Positions 38,522-48,805 of a DNA stretch of 53,336 nt are shown piece after piece. The position numbers and the translations under genes were made by a program. Source of the stretch: Sphingobacteriia bacterium (GTDB lineage Bacteria; Bacteroidota; Bacteroidia; J057; RFSG01); the NCBI GenBank assembly GCA_009924095.1, contig RFSG01000004.1, forward strand, positions 1 to 53,336, in the 5' to 3' direction. The notes under the pieces were generated by a model, which was not told where the DNA came from, made no database searches, and saw only the letters and a list, made by a program, of their open reading frames with translations. Within the stretch, counting starts at the first letter, position 1. Each line of letters begins with the position of its first letter.

Positions 38522-40537
38522 ATGAAGCCAGCCCCCAATCGGCTGATCCTAGAATCAAGTCCTTATTTACTGCAACATGCTTATAATCCCGTGGATTGGT
38601 ATCCTTGGGGGGAAGAAGCATTTTCAATTGCGAAAGAAAAAAACTTGCCCGTTCTGGTTTCCATTGGATATTCTGCCTGCCATTGGTGTCATGTTATGGA
38701 AAGAGAATCTTTTGAAGATTCTGAAACCGCTTTATTAATGAACCAGAACTTTATCAATATTAAGGTTGATCGAGAAGAATTACCTGCGGTAGATGCAATT
38801 TATATGGAGGCCGTTCAAGCAATGACAGGTCAAGGAGGATGGCCATTAAACTGTTTTCTCACTCCTGACGGTAAACCTTTTTATGGAGGAACCTATTTTC
38901 CTCCTGTATCAACACATCAACGTCCAGCTTGGAAATCGATATTGTTGCAACTCTCTAAGTTGTTTGTGGAACAACGAGATCAAGTGGAAGAACAAGCCCA
39001 AAAATTGACGGATCACTTAGCGACAGATCCGGGATTTTTAAAAATACCCGTAGAGGAAACCGATAATTCTATCCCCCAACAACAAATCGCAAAAGCTTTT
39101 TTGCAGTTAAGCCAACAATGGGATAGTCAATTGGGTGGTTATCATCGTGCACCTAAATTTCCTTCTCCTTTTGTTCATTTCTTTTTGGCTGGATTTATTG
39201 AAAATCATACCCAAACGAACGCATACGCTCAACTAGTGTTGAATCTAAATGCAATGGCGAGAGGAGGAATTTATGATCAGGTAGGCGGAGGGTTTCATCG
39301 GTATGCAACTGATCCAGAATGGCTTATTCCTCATTTTGAAAAAATGCTGTATGATAATGTTTTATTATCTCGGCTATATCTACAAGCAGGAGCCCGGTTT
39401 GATAATGCAGAGTGGAGGAGTACGGGTACAGAAACTTTAGATTTTTTGATTGAAGAGTTTTGGAATGAATCTGTTGGAGCCTTTTCTGCAGCTCTGGATG
39501 CAGATAGCGAAGGCATAGAAGGAAAATATTACGTCTGGAATCCGACAGAACTATTACAACTTTCAAAAGAACTTTCCCTATCGGAGGTTTTGCCAGAAAT
39601 AGGATGGAAGGCAGCCGGAAATTGGGAGCATACCCAAATTATTTGCAGACCGAATGGGAGGAAAAACAATCCTCAAAAAGTAGAAGATTTTCTTCAACAT
39701 CTCAAAGAATCCAGAAAACATAAAATTCATCCTCAAAAGGATACCAAATTATTGGCGTCATGGAATGGACTTGCTTTACATACCTTTTCTTATGCCTGGG
39801 GAATTACTCAAAACCCTGTTTATAAAGAGGTAATGCAGGGTTTGATTAAGTTTCTTACCGAAACTTGTACCCTAGATGGGAATTGGTTTCACACCTATTC
39901 AATTAATTCTGGGCCAAGGTTTATTGCAGGCATTGAAGATTATGCCTACATCCTCCGGGGTTTGATAGAAGCGCATTTGCACCTTGAAGATCCTGAATTA
40001 ATACCAATGACCCTTCAATTGTTACAGGTGGCTGATGAACAATTGTTAGATTCCTCAGATGGTTTCTATTTTTCGGCTCCCAAAGGAGTAGATCAATTAA
40101 TTGTGAGAAAAAAGGAGTTTTATGATAATGCTGTACCCAGTGGGAATGCGGTAATGACAGAAAACTTATGGTGGTTAGGTAGAATTACAGAGAACGATAA
40201 TCTTGTGAGCAGAGCAAAAAAAAATGTGTTAAAAATTCTTCCGGTGGCAGTTACCTATCCTTCAGCCTTTGGCCATTGGTTAATGCTTGCCCAACTCATG
40301 GAAATGGATTTAACCGAAGTTCGGTTGGATCCTAAATTTAACAAAGCAGTTTATTCGCAATTTTGGAAAATGGGAATACCAGGAATATGGGTGCACGGGG
40401 ATAAAAACTTAGCTGGAACAGGTAAAGTCCAAATTTGTACTCGTAATGTTTGTCACCTTCCCTTAGATACAATTGAGGAAGGAATAGAGTTTTTAAAGAA
40501 TCAGAATCCTTTAACCACTTTATCTCTTCAAAATTAA
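38522..40537 (+). CDS. Thioredoxin domain-containing protein (YyaL/SPATA20 family)
   Basis: [45 protein letters not shown]. Confidence 0.93.
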   Translation: MKPAPNRLILESSPYLLQHAYNPVDWYPWGEEAFSIAKEKNLPVLVSIGYSACHWCHVMERESFEDSETALLMNQNFINIKVDREELPAVDAIYMEAVQAMTGQGGWPLNCFLTPDGKPFYGGTYFPPVSTHQRPAWKSILLQLSKLFVEQRDQVEEQAQKLTDHLATDPGFLKIPVEETDNSIPQQQIAKAFLQLSQQWDSQLGGYHRAPKFPSPFVHFFLAGFIENHTQTNAYAQLVLNLNAMARGGIYDQVGGGFHRYATDPEWLIPHFEKMLYDNVLLSRLYLQAGARFDNAEWRSTGTETLDFLIEEFWNESVGAFSAALDADSEGIEGKYYVWNPTELLQLSKELSLSEVLPEIGWKAAGNWEHTQIICRPNGRKNNPQKVEDFLQHLKESRKHKIHPQKDTKLLASWNGLALHTFSYAWGITQNPVYKEVMQGLIKFLTETCTLDGNWFHTYSINSGPRFIAGIEDYAYILRGLIEAHLHLEDPELIPMTLQLLQVADEQLLDSSDGFYFSAPKGVDQLIVRKKEFYDNAVPSGNAVMTENLWWLGRITENDNLVSRAKKNVLKILPVAVTYPSAFGHWLMLAQLMEMDLTEVRLDPKFNKAVYSQFWKMGIPGIWVHGDKNLAGTGKVQICTRNVCHLPLDTIEEGIEFLKNQNPLTTLSLQN

Positions 40538-40641
40538 TTGTAGATGGCTTTCTCCTAAAATCTGAAAAAAAGAATTAATCAATTGTCCATAAATACATTA
40601 TCTCAATGATAAGTCTAGGATTTCGAATCATTTTTTTTCTT

Positions 40642-40649
40642 TACATTTG
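40642..40649 (+). promoter_or_regulatory. Bacteroidota -7 promoter element TACATTTG for porP
   Basis: Exact consensus upstream of the probable ATG at 40714. Confidence 0.5.
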
Positions 40650-40713
40650 TGAGTGCCAATTAATCGTACTTATTTCAGGCCTGTTAACTAAAAAAGCCTC
40701 ATACTATCCATTA

Positions 40714-41760
40714 ATGAAGGGGTTCCTAAACGTACTTATTCTTTTACTTCTTATAGCTGGTAGTGTATCCGCTCAACAGGATCCTCAATTGAGTATGTAT
40801 ATGTTTAATAAACAATACATGAATCCTGCACATGCTGGATCTTTGCGGGCTACCCAATTTTCTCTTTCCGGTCGTTTACAATGGGTTTCTATAGATGGAG
40901 CACCGAATACAGGGCTGTTTTCTATTAATGGACCTGCTGATCGTTTAGGAGGAGGTATCGGGGGTTATATGATGGTGGATAGAATTGGCCCGATAAATAC
41001 TTTAGGTGCTGGAGGTCAATATGCATTTCGTATTGTAACAACGCGCAAACCTATCGCTAATACCCCAACAAGTGTTCTTCAATTAGGAATTGGTTTGGGC
41101 TTTTGGCAAAAATCAATCAATCCGGAATGGAGATATGATACCCGATTGGGATTTGATCCTACCTTATTAAACGGTAGCCAATCTTCTATTGCGGGAGATG
41201 TAAATGCAGGATTGTATTTTTATGTTCCCTTCGCTAAAGATCCAGGACGTCATAAATATTGGTTTAGTTTCACTACCAATCACCTGTTGGAACCAACCCT
41301 ACAAAATTTTACAACTACTAACCTAAGTAAAGTGTATCGTCAATTTTACGCTGCATCCGGGTATCAGTTTAAAGTGTCCAAAACCCAAAATTTATTTTTG
41401 GAGCCTTCTGCAATTATAAAATCAGATTTGGTCTCTTTTCAATATGACTTCAATGTTAATTTACACGTAAGTCCATTGGTGTTTGGAATGAGTTATAGAG
41501 GAAGATTAATTCCTTCGAATTCCAGTACCGCACAAACTTCTAATCAGGCAAAAATCAGAAATAGAGATGCATTGGTTGGAATTGTTGGTTTCCATACCAA
41601 CAATAGACTATTCATTGGGTACTCATATGATTACACATTGAGTACTTTGGGTCAATTTACTAGTGGAACACATGAAATTGTGGTATCCTATACGTTTCCC
41701 AAACCCAATAAACTGCCAAGACCAGAATTTAATACGATTGATAAAAATCTGTTTGATTAA
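40714..41760 (+). CDS. porP: PorP/SprF family type IX secretion system membrane protein
   Basis: Signal peptide then AQQDPQLSMYMFN..MNPA.AG, R.QW, IGYSYD, GTHEI; directly upstream of gldKLMN. Confidence 0.92.
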   Translation: MKGFLNVLILLLLIAGSVSAQQDPQLSMYMFNKQYMNPAHAGSLRATQFSLSGRLQWVSIDGAPNTGLFSINGPADRLGGGIGGYMMVDRIGPINTLGAGGQYAFRIVTTRKPIANTPTSVLQLGIGLGFWQKSINPEWRYDTRLGFDPTLLNGSQSSIAGDVNAGLYFYVPFAKDPGRHKYWFSFTTNHLLEPTLQNFTTTNLSKVYRQFYAASGYQFKVSKTQNLFLEPSAIIKSDLVSFQYDFNVNLHVSPLVFGMSYRGRLIPSNSSTAQTSNQAKIRNRDALVGIVGFHTNNRLFIGYSYDYTLSTLGQFTSGTHEIVVSYTFPKPNKLPRPEFNTIDKNLFD

Positions 41761-41866
41761 ACCCATACAGTTTTTTCGAAAATTTAATTTTCCAGAAATG
41801 CAAGTGTTTAGGTTTGAAGGGTTGAAAAAAGTGTTTGGAATATTAGAGTTTATCAACATTTTTAGT

Positions 41867-41874
41867 TATATTTG
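41867..41874 (+). promoter_or_regulatory. Bacteroidota -7 promoter element TATATTTG for gldKLMN
   Basis: Exact consensus followed by C, 47 nt upstream of the gldK ATG. Confidence 0.6.
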
Positions 41875-41921
41875 CTTTACGATTTTTTGCCAAGTTCTAA
41901 GCGTATAGAAAACTCAGCACT

Positions 41922-42989
41922 ATGAAAAAACTCATTGGGCTTCTTGCTTGTGTATCCATTTTGGTTAGTGGTTGTGGTCTGTTCGGAGGAGGAGAAACTG
42001 GTGCCAACGGAGAATTAACTTCATTGATGGGTCGTCCCGCATGGGATCAACCTACTCCTTATGGTATGGTCATTGTTCCCGCTGGTAGTTTCCATATGGG
42101 AAACAACGATCAGGATATCAATAATTCAAATGTTGCTCTTAATCGGCAAATCACGGTTTCTCCATTTTATATGGATGATACCGAAATAACCAATAACGAG
42201 TATCGTCAATTTCTGGAAACAGCAAAAGATACCTTACCGGTTGAAATTGCTGAATTGGTATTCCCTGATACTATGATCTGGATTAACGACTGGGCATATT
42301 CCTATAATGAACCTTATACCGAAGCTTATTTTTGGCATCCCTCTTTTGACGAATATCCTATAGTAGGGGTTAATTGGTATGCTGCTTCTTATTTCTGCCA
42401 ATGGAGAACTGCACATTACAACAATTGGAGGTTGGAAGTAGGTTTATTGCCAATTCCACGTTTCCGTCTGCCTACCGAAGCAGAATGGGAATATGCATCT
42501 AGAGGAGGATATGAGCATACCCTTTATCCATGGGAAAGCCCCTATATTAAAAATGCTTCAGGTTGTTTCTTAGCAAACTTTAAACCTGGGCGTGGGGATT
42601 ATATCGCAGATAACTTTGAATACACTTGCCCTGTAAGATCTTATTGGCCGAACGATTATAATTTGTTCAATATGCCAGGTAATGTTGCAGAATGGTGTGA
42701 AGATGATTTTGAAGAAACTGGTTATACCTATGCACATGATTTAAATCCAGTATTTTATGATGTAATTCGTTTTGGTCCTTCAGATGTAAGATCATTTAAT
42801 TATGATAATCCAAAGCGTCAACCCGGAGGAGCTCAGATTAAAAAAGTAATCAGAGGCGGTTCTTGGAAAGATATTGGATATTATTTATCCTGTGGTAGTC
42901 GTACTTATGAATATGTAGATTCTACCAAATCATTCGTTGGATTTCGTTGTGTAAGTACCCAGATTGCCAGGGATGGAAATAACCTCTAA
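41922..42989 (+). CDS. gldK: T9SS/gliding lipoprotein GldK/PorK
   Basis: Lipobox LVSGC, FGE-sulfatase fold (TEITNNEYRQF, RLPTEAEWEYA, GNVAEW, RGGSWKD, GFRC); synteny. Confidence 0.93.
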   Translation: MKKLIGLLACVSILVSGCGLFGGGETGANGELTSLMGRPAWDQPTPYGMVIVPAGSFHMGNNDQDINNSNVALNRQITVSPFYMDDTEITNNEYRQFLETAKDTLPVEIAELVFPDTMIWINDWAYSYNEPYTEAYFWHPSFDEYPIVGVNWYAASYFCQWRTAHYNNWRLEVGLLPIPRFRLPTEAEWEYASRGGYEHTLYPWESPYIKNASGCFLANFKPGRGDYIADNFEYTCPVRSYWPNDYNLFNMPGNVAEWCEDDFEETGYTYAHDLNPVFYDVIRFGPSDVRSFNYDNPKRQPGGAQIKKVIRGGSWKDIGYYLSCGSRTYEYVDSTKSFVGFRCVSTQIARDGNNL

Positions 42990-43007
42990 GGGTTTTTCGT
43001 ATCCAAA

Positions 43008-43046
43008 TCTGAACGTATGTGCAAAAACCTTTCGCACATAGTCAGA
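43008..43046 (+). other. Intra-operonic stem-loop between gldK and gldL
   Basis: TCTGA..TATGTGC-loop-GCACATA.TCAGA; no U-tract. Confidence 0.55.
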
Positions 43047-43091
43047 GATTATTCTTTATTTCGAGCTATTAACTTTTAAGCAGTAAACACT

Positions 43092-43967
43092 ATGTCAAGG
43101 AAGAAGAAGAGTTTCTTTGAAACCAAAGGTTGGAAAAACTTTATGAAGTACCTCTACGGACTTGGAGCAGCCGTAGTAATCATTGGAGCTCTTTTTAAAA
43201 TTCTTCACCTTCCCGGTGCAAATATTATGTTGATCGTGGGTCTAGGGGTGGAAGCAATGATTTTTGCGATCTCTGCCTTTGAGCCTCTCCATGAAGAATT
43301 GGATTGGACTCGAGCTTATCCAGAATTAATTGTTCCTGAAGATGAATTCTCTGATTTGGAAGAATTAGAACATCACGGAGAAGAGGGAGAAGAAACTCCT
43401 GCCTTAGAAGGAGGAGCGCCAGCACACCATGGAGGTGGAAACTATTTGGCTGAAGCAGGTAATGCAATCAGTGCAGCCAAAATGGGTCCTGAATTGTTGG
43501 AATCTTTATCTGAATCCCTAGAAGGTCTCAAAAATAATGTTAGCCAATTGGCAAATATTACGGATGCAACGGTTGCCACGGAAGAATATTCTACCAAAAT
43601 CAAGCAAGCAGCACATCAGGTAGATATTCTGAATAACAAATACGAGATTACGGTAGATGCCATGAGTCAGTTCTCTAATTCAGTAGAACATGCTAAGGCT
43701 TATCACGAACAAGTACAAACCGTTACCCGCAACTTGTCTTCCTTAAATGCAGTCTATGAATTAGAGTTGCAGGATGCACAAGCTCATCTTAGGTCAATGA
43801 ACCAATTCTTCGGTAGCCTATCTAGTGCTATGAACAACATGATGGAAGCGTCTAAGGATACAGAAGCCTACAAACATGAGGTCGCTAAGTTGACTCAGAA
43901 TATGAATGCATTGAACACAATTTATGGCAATATGTTAACTGCTATGAATTTAGGAGGTGCTCGTTAA
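43092..43967 (+). CDS. gldL: T9SS/gliding motor protein GldL/PorL
   Basis: YGLGAAVVIIGALFKILH, EAMIFAISAFEP, DW...YPEL, LN.VYE, YGNMLTAM. Confidence 0.96.
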   Translation: MSRKKKSFFETKGWKNFMKYLYGLGAAVVIIGALFKILHLPGANIMLIVGLGVEAMIFAISAFEPLHEELDWTRAYPELIVPEDEFSDLEELEHHGEEGEETPALEGGAPAHHGGGNYLAEAGNAISAAKMGPELLESLSESLEGLKNNVSQLANITDATVATEEYSTKIKQAAHQVDILNNKYEITVDAMSQFSNSVEHAKAYHEQVQTVTRNLSSLNAVYELELQDAQAHLRSMNQFFGSLSSAMNNMMEASKDTEAYKHEVAKLTQNMNALNTIYGNMLTAMNLGGAR

Positions 43968-44014
43968 TATTGCTGTTTCGTATCATTTAGCTTTTTAATT
44001 GAACTTTAAGCCCT

Positions 44015-45703
44015 ATGGCAGACGCAAAAGCATCCCCCCGACAAAAGATGATTAACATGATGTACCTCGTGTTAACAGCTCTTTTGGCCTTAAATGTTTC
44101 CAAGGAAGTACTTCAGTCATTTGAAACTTTGGGGATTTCTCTTCGGGAATCTGCAAAAGTAATTACTGCTAGCAACCTTGAATTTTCTGAACAAATTAAA
44201 GATGCAGTTACTAAAGAAGTTGAAAGTGGAAATAAAAAGAATGAAAAGTTAATAGCACTGACGGATACTGTAATGGGTAAATCCAAGACCGTTTTTCTAT
44301 ATTTACAAGGAATTATTGATATGCTGGGTTCACCTGAATATGGAAATGCTGACCCAGTTACACATTCCATAGAAGTAAAAGATGAGTCTGTTAAAAATAC
44401 CAATTTTTGGTTAGGGATCGATGATGCTGCTAATGGAGGAAGAGGAAATGGTGAGGCAATGAAACTTAAAGAAATCTTGAATGGATATGTTGCGTGGGCA
44501 AACAAGTTTCTTGCGGAAGAATTGGGGGATAGTACCAGTTTTAAAAAAATATGCCTTGAACCCTCCGAGGATCCGACTCTCGCTCATACTTCTCATGGTG
44601 GGGAGGTAAAAACTTGGGAATATTTTACTTTCCATGACGTACCCTTAATCGCAAACATCGCCTTACTGGAGAAATATAAGTCTGACATCAATACCATTGA
44701 AACCAAAGTATTGAATGCCATCAAACTTAAATTAAGCAATATTACTTTTAAAATTGACTCTTTGATTGCAATTGATGCTCCGGTTTCACAAATTGTTCCT
44801 GCCGGTCTTCAGTTTGAAACCAAATTATTTGTATCCATGGCATCTAGTGAGATCAAACCTCAGTTTGAGGGAGGGGGAATTACCACTGACCCTAGCGGAA
44901 ACTTTGCAATCATGAAAATTGGCGCACAAGGAGGATTTGCTGAAGGGGTGAATGAAAGAAAACAGGCATATTCTGCCAGCATTAAAGTACCCAAAGCCGA
45001 TGGAACCTTCGCTTTATTACCCGTTAAAGGCGAATTCACGGTTAGAAAACCAGAAGTAGTAATTACCTCTAAATCGGTTCAAAACTTATATAGAGCCTGC
45101 GGAAATAAAATCAATATTGATGTACCTGCCTTAGGTGATTTGTACAACCCCTCTATTTCAGCCAGCGGTGGTGCAGATGCGATTCAAGATCCTGCAAATA
45201 AAAAGGTATTTACCATAGTACCTCAAGGAAAAGAATGTATTGTTGGAGTTACTTCAAATACAAATGGTCAAAACTTGAAAATTGATGATATAAAATATTC
45301 AGTAATTGCCCCTCCTCGTCCGCAAATTCAAATTATTGTAAATGGTAAAATCTATGATGGTTCTACCCCGATCCCCAAAAAATCTACGCTGACTGTTAAA
45401 ATTGTTCCGGATAAAGAATTTTTGGAAAAATTACCTGCCGATGCAAAGTATGAAATCGGTACGGCACGAGTACTAGTTCAAAGGGGGTTAGGGGTACCTA
45501 AAGAAGTGACCAATACCAATGCCTCTGGTAAAGATGCCAGAACTGGTATTTCAGTTCCACTTGGTACTTCCTTACAAAATGATAACGCGGGTACTAAAAT
45601 TTATGTGGTGGTAGATAAAATTTATCGCGTAAATTTTAAAAGCCAAAAGGTTGAAGAAAACTTTATTGAGACCGAGCGTATGGTCGGGGCAGTTATACAA
45701 TAA
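44015..45703 (+). CDS. gldM: T9SS/gliding motor protein GldM/PorM
   Basis: PRQKMINMMYLVLTALLALNVS; follows gldL. Confidence 0.95.
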   Translation: MADAKASPRQKMINMMYLVLTALLALNVSKEVLQSFETLGISLRESAKVITASNLEFSEQIKDAVTKEVESGNKKNEKLIALTDTVMGKSKTVFLYLQGIIDMLGSPEYGNADPVTHSIEVKDESVKNTNFWLGIDDAANGGRGNGEAMKLKEILNGYVAWANKFLAEELGDSTSFKKICLEPSEDPTLAHTSHGGEVKTWEYFTFHDVPLIANIALLEKYKSDINTIETKVLNAIKLKLSNITFKIDSLIAIDAPVSQIVPAGLQFETKLFVSMASSEIKPQFEGGGITTDPSGNFAIMKIGAQGGFAEGVNERKQAYSASIKVPKADGTFALLPVKGEFTVRKPEVVITSKSVQNLYRACGNKINIDVPALGDLYNPSISASGGADAIQDPANKKVFTIVPQGKECIVGVTSNTNGQNLKIDDIKYSVIAPPRPQIQIIVNGKIYDGSTPIPKKSTLTVKIVPDKEFLEKLPADAKYEIGTARVLVQRGLGVPKEVTNTNASGKDARTGISVPLGTSLQNDNAGTKIYVVVDKIYRVNFKSQKVEENFIETERMVGAVIQ

Positions 45704-45710
45704 TTTAGGT

Positions 45711-46556
45711 ATGAAAAATTTCATTTTCTTTCTGATTCTTTGCGCAATCGTTCCAATTGGATTGTTCGCTCAATTTCCTCCCAGGGATGAAGATCAATTG
45801 AAGCGTCAAAAGGTGGTTAATAGCATTCCTTTGAATGAGAAAATGAACAAACCTTTGATTTATCCTGAGGAGTTAATTTATACCAAGCCTCGTTACAGTG
45901 AAACCAAAGGAATTATTGAAGCATTGCTAAATGGTGTTAAGAATAATAAATATGTAGCCTATCGTGCTGATTCCTTAACCTGGGCAGCTCCTTTAACTTG
46001 GAATGATGTAGTAAAATTGGCTAAATCATATGAAGATAAAGGCGCTGAAGCGGAGGGAGAATCTACCGAAGGCGGAGGAACAGGATTTGAGGATTTTGGG
46101 GGAGAGGATGCAGGTGCTGGGGGAGAAGGTGCAGCAGGTGGAGAAGATGCTTTAGCAGCTGCAGGGGGCGGAGGTAGTGGTCGCTGGCCTTTTGACCTTG
46201 CTCCTTATACCGATAAAATGGAAATTATTGAAGATCGTATCTTCGATAAGAAACGTTCTGATGTTTATCATGATATTCAATTCATTAATTTAATATGGGT
46301 AGATCCAGGAAATGTACGCCCTAATAAAAACTTCATTTCGTTTAAATATACCGATGTAATGGCGCAATTAGATGATACCCAATGGAAAAATCATAAAAAT
46401 GATCAGGAGTATCGTTCAATGCGGGAAGTAATAGAATTAAGAATGTTCCATTCTTACATCTTGTCAGTTTCTGGTACTGAAGTTCAATATTTAGATCAAG
46501 CGGAATATCGTAGAAATCAAATTGTGGAATACGAGCACAATCTTTGGCATTATTAA
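45711..46556 (+). CDS. gldN: T9SS/gliding protein GldN/PorN
   Basis: Signal peptide from ATG 45711, EKMNKPL, ED.IFDKKRS, C-terminal EYEHNLWHY; follows gldM. Confidence 0.88.
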   Translation: MKNFIFFLILCAIVPIGLFAQFPPRDEDQLKRQKVVNSIPLNEKMNKPLIYPEELIYTKPRYSETKGIIEALLNGVKNNKYVAYRADSLTWAAPLTWNDVVKLAKSYEDKGAEAEGESTEGGGTGFEDFGGEDAGAGGEGAAGGEDALAAAGGGGSGRWPFDLAPYTDKMEIIEDRIFDKKRSDVYHDIQFINLIWVDPGNVRPNKNFISFKYTDVMAQLDDTQWKNHKNDQEYRSMREVIELRMFHSYILSVSGTEVQYLDQAEYRRNQIVEYEHNLWHY

Positions 46557-46581
46557 TAATAAATTAGTTTATCATTTTAAT

Positions 46582-46604
46582 GTCCCGAATATCGGGACTT
46601 TTTT
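46582..46604 (+). terminator. Rho-independent terminator of gldKLMN
   Basis: GTCCCGA-ATA-TCGGGAC followed by TTTTTT. Confidence 0.85.
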
Positions 46605-46624
46605 ATTTTTAATTGCTGTGTTAA

Positions 46625-48442
46625 TTATTTTTTATTTTCCTGAAGCCAATTGATCACCGCTTTTGCTCTATGGTTTCCGATAATTTCAATCAATTGTTCC
46701 TCTGATGATTGTTCAATATTTTTTAGGGTTTTAAAATGTGATAATAATTTTTTTGCAGTTACTTTTCCGATTCCGGAAGCTTCCGTTAAACTGGTTTTTA
46801 AAGTTCCTGCAGATCTTTTATTTCTATGGAAACCGATGGCTGTTTTATGCGCTTCATTCCTTAGTTGTTGTAATAATTTTAAGGAAGGACTTCTTTTATC
46901 AATATGCACGGGTACAGAATCATTTTTATGATAGATTTCCTCCAACCGTTTAGCAATTCCAATAATCGGCAAACGTGTATCTAAGGAAAGATCAGTAAGT
47001 GCTTCCACAGCAGCAGAGAGTTGTCCTTTACCTCCATCTACTACTATTAAATCTGGCAAAGGGGCATTTTCTTGTAACAAACGACTATACCGGCGGGTTA
47101 CAATTTCTTTCATCGAGGCGAAGTCATTAATGCCTTCAACGGTTTTAATATTAAAGGTTCGATATTCTTTTTTGGCTGGTTTGGCATCTTTAAATACCAC
47201 CATCGACGCTACTGGAAAACTTCCCTGAAAATTTGAATTATCAAAACATTCAATATGCCGGGGAGGATGTTTTAAGTGTAAATCTTTCTGTAATATTTCA
47301 ATTACTTCCGGAAAGTCAGGCCGCTTTTTATTGTCTAATTGTAATATCTTTTCTTTTAATAAAGCCAGGCAATTTTTTTCAGATAATTGAACTAATTTAT
47401 ATTTATCTCCGCGCAAAGGAACTTGTACTGAAAATAAAAATCCTTCAGTTGCTTCTACCGAAATATTACTGATTACCTCAGGATAAAAGTCTTCATTTTC
47501 GGCTGCTAATTTTGAAATAGCAGCAATTAATATTTCAGCATCTTCTTGATGCGGCTTGCGCCTTACATCATAGGCATGGGTTTGGATAATTACCCCATTG
47601 TGTATTTTAAAATGATTAATTACTGATAAATCATCCTGTGTGCGTAAGGTTACAACTTCTAATTGAGTTATGGTTTCAGATACAATCGTATTTCTTTCTT
47701 TATACCGCTGAATAAATTCAATTTTTTCTTTTAATTCTTGCGCATATTCAAACTCTAAATTTTCAACAGCTAATTTCATTGAATTTTTAAGTGCTAGAAT
47801 TAGCTGTGAATAATTTCCTTTTAATAATAATTTTACGGCTTCAATATCTGTTAAATAAGGTTCCTCGGTATATTTTCCTACACAAGGACCTTTACAATTT
47901 CCAATATAAAATTCTAAACATAATCTAAATTTATTTTCAGCAATATTTTTCTCTGATAAATTTAAATTACAATTCCGGAGTTTAAAATTCTTTTTAATAA
48001 ATTGTAAAATAGATTGCATCGTTCTACCACTCGGGTAAGGACCAAAATATAAGGATCCATCTTTTTCTTTTATTCGGGTAGAAAATACTCTAGGAAATCT
48101 TTCTTTTTTTATACAGATATAAGGATAGGTTTTTCCATCCTTCAACATTACATTATAGCGGGGTTGATATTGTTTAATTAAACTATTTTCCAATATCAAA
48201 GCTTCTTGTTCGCTATTGGTAATGGTAAATTGAATGTCCCGAATTCTTTCTACTAATAAACGGGTTTTAAAGTCAGCAAATACCTGCTTAGTGAAATAGG
48301 AGTTTACTCTTTTTTTTAGATTCTTCGCTTTACCGATATAAATTATTTTTCCATTTTGATCAAAGTATTTATATATACCTGGATCTTCTGGCAATACTAA
48401 CCGGATTTCACGTAAAAGGGTTTCTATTTCTAGAGGTTGCAT
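46625..48442 (-). CDS. uvrC: Excinuclease ABC subunit C
   Basis: GIY-YIG (PGIY, YIGKAKNL), IECFDNSN, PDLIVVDGGKGQL, LRNEAH, HhH. Confidence 0.97.
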   Translation of the reverse strand: MQPLEIETLLREIRLVLPEDPGIYKYFDQNGKIIYIGKAKNLKKRVNSYFTKQVFADFKTRLLVERIRDIQFTITNSEQEALILENSLIKQYQPRYNVMLKDGKTYPYICIKKERFPRVFSTRIKEKDGSLYFGPYPSGRTMQSILQFIKKNFKLRNCNLNLSEKNIAENKFRLCLEFYIGNCKGPCVGKYTEEPYLTDIEAVKLLLKGNYSQLILALKNSMKLAVENLEFEYAQELKEKIEFIQRYKERNTIVSETITQLEVVTLRTQDDLSVINHFKIHNGVIIQTHAYDVRRKPHQEDAEILIAAISKLAAENEDFYPEVISNISVEATEGFLFSVQVPLRGDKYKLVQLSEKNCLALLKEKILQLDNKKRPDFPEVIEILQKDLHLKHPPRHIECFDNSNFQGSFPVASMVVFKDAKPAKKEYRTFNIKTVEGINDFASMKEIVTRRYSRLLQENAPLPDLIVVDGGKGQLSAAVEALTDLSLDTRLPIIGIAKRLEEIYHKNDSVPVHIDKRSPSLKLLQQLRNEAHKTAIGFHRNKRSAGTLKTSLTEASGIGKVTAKKLLSHFKTLKNIEQSSEEQLIEIIGNHRAKAVINWLQENKK

Positions 48443-48461
48443 TAAGTATTATAGTACGGTA

Positions 48462-48469
48462 CAAAAATA
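48462..48469 (-). promoter_or_regulatory. Bacteroidota -7 promoter element TATTTTTG for uvrC
   Basis: Exact consensus 19 nt upstream of the uvrC ATG. Confidence 0.55.
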
Positions 48470-48805
48470 CAATAAGTGGATTGTATCCCTGCTGACAAAA
48501 GGAATAAATTCAATAATATAATTCAAACATAGTCATATGGTAAAACCACCATCAGGGAATAAATATCTCGTCTTTTAAGGAATTAATAATAGTTTAATAA
48601 CCGGATATCCAATTAATTGGTTTCCAAGATAGATTTTGCGGTTTATTAATAATATTGGATTATCCCTTAGGGCAATTTCCTATTCTTAATCCCAAATCTA
48701 TTTTTCTAATATTTAAGTTTAGTAATTGTATATTTCACCAAGCCCAATTAATTATGGAATAAAATTTTATTGGAATGTTTTAAAAATGATATCTGTAGAA
48801 ACTAC

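Noticed and set aside
48470-48805. Long AT-rich spacer between uvrC and the PBP gene as a possible ncRNA or array
   Set aside because: No tRNA fold, no repeat periodicity and no convincing stem or ORF.
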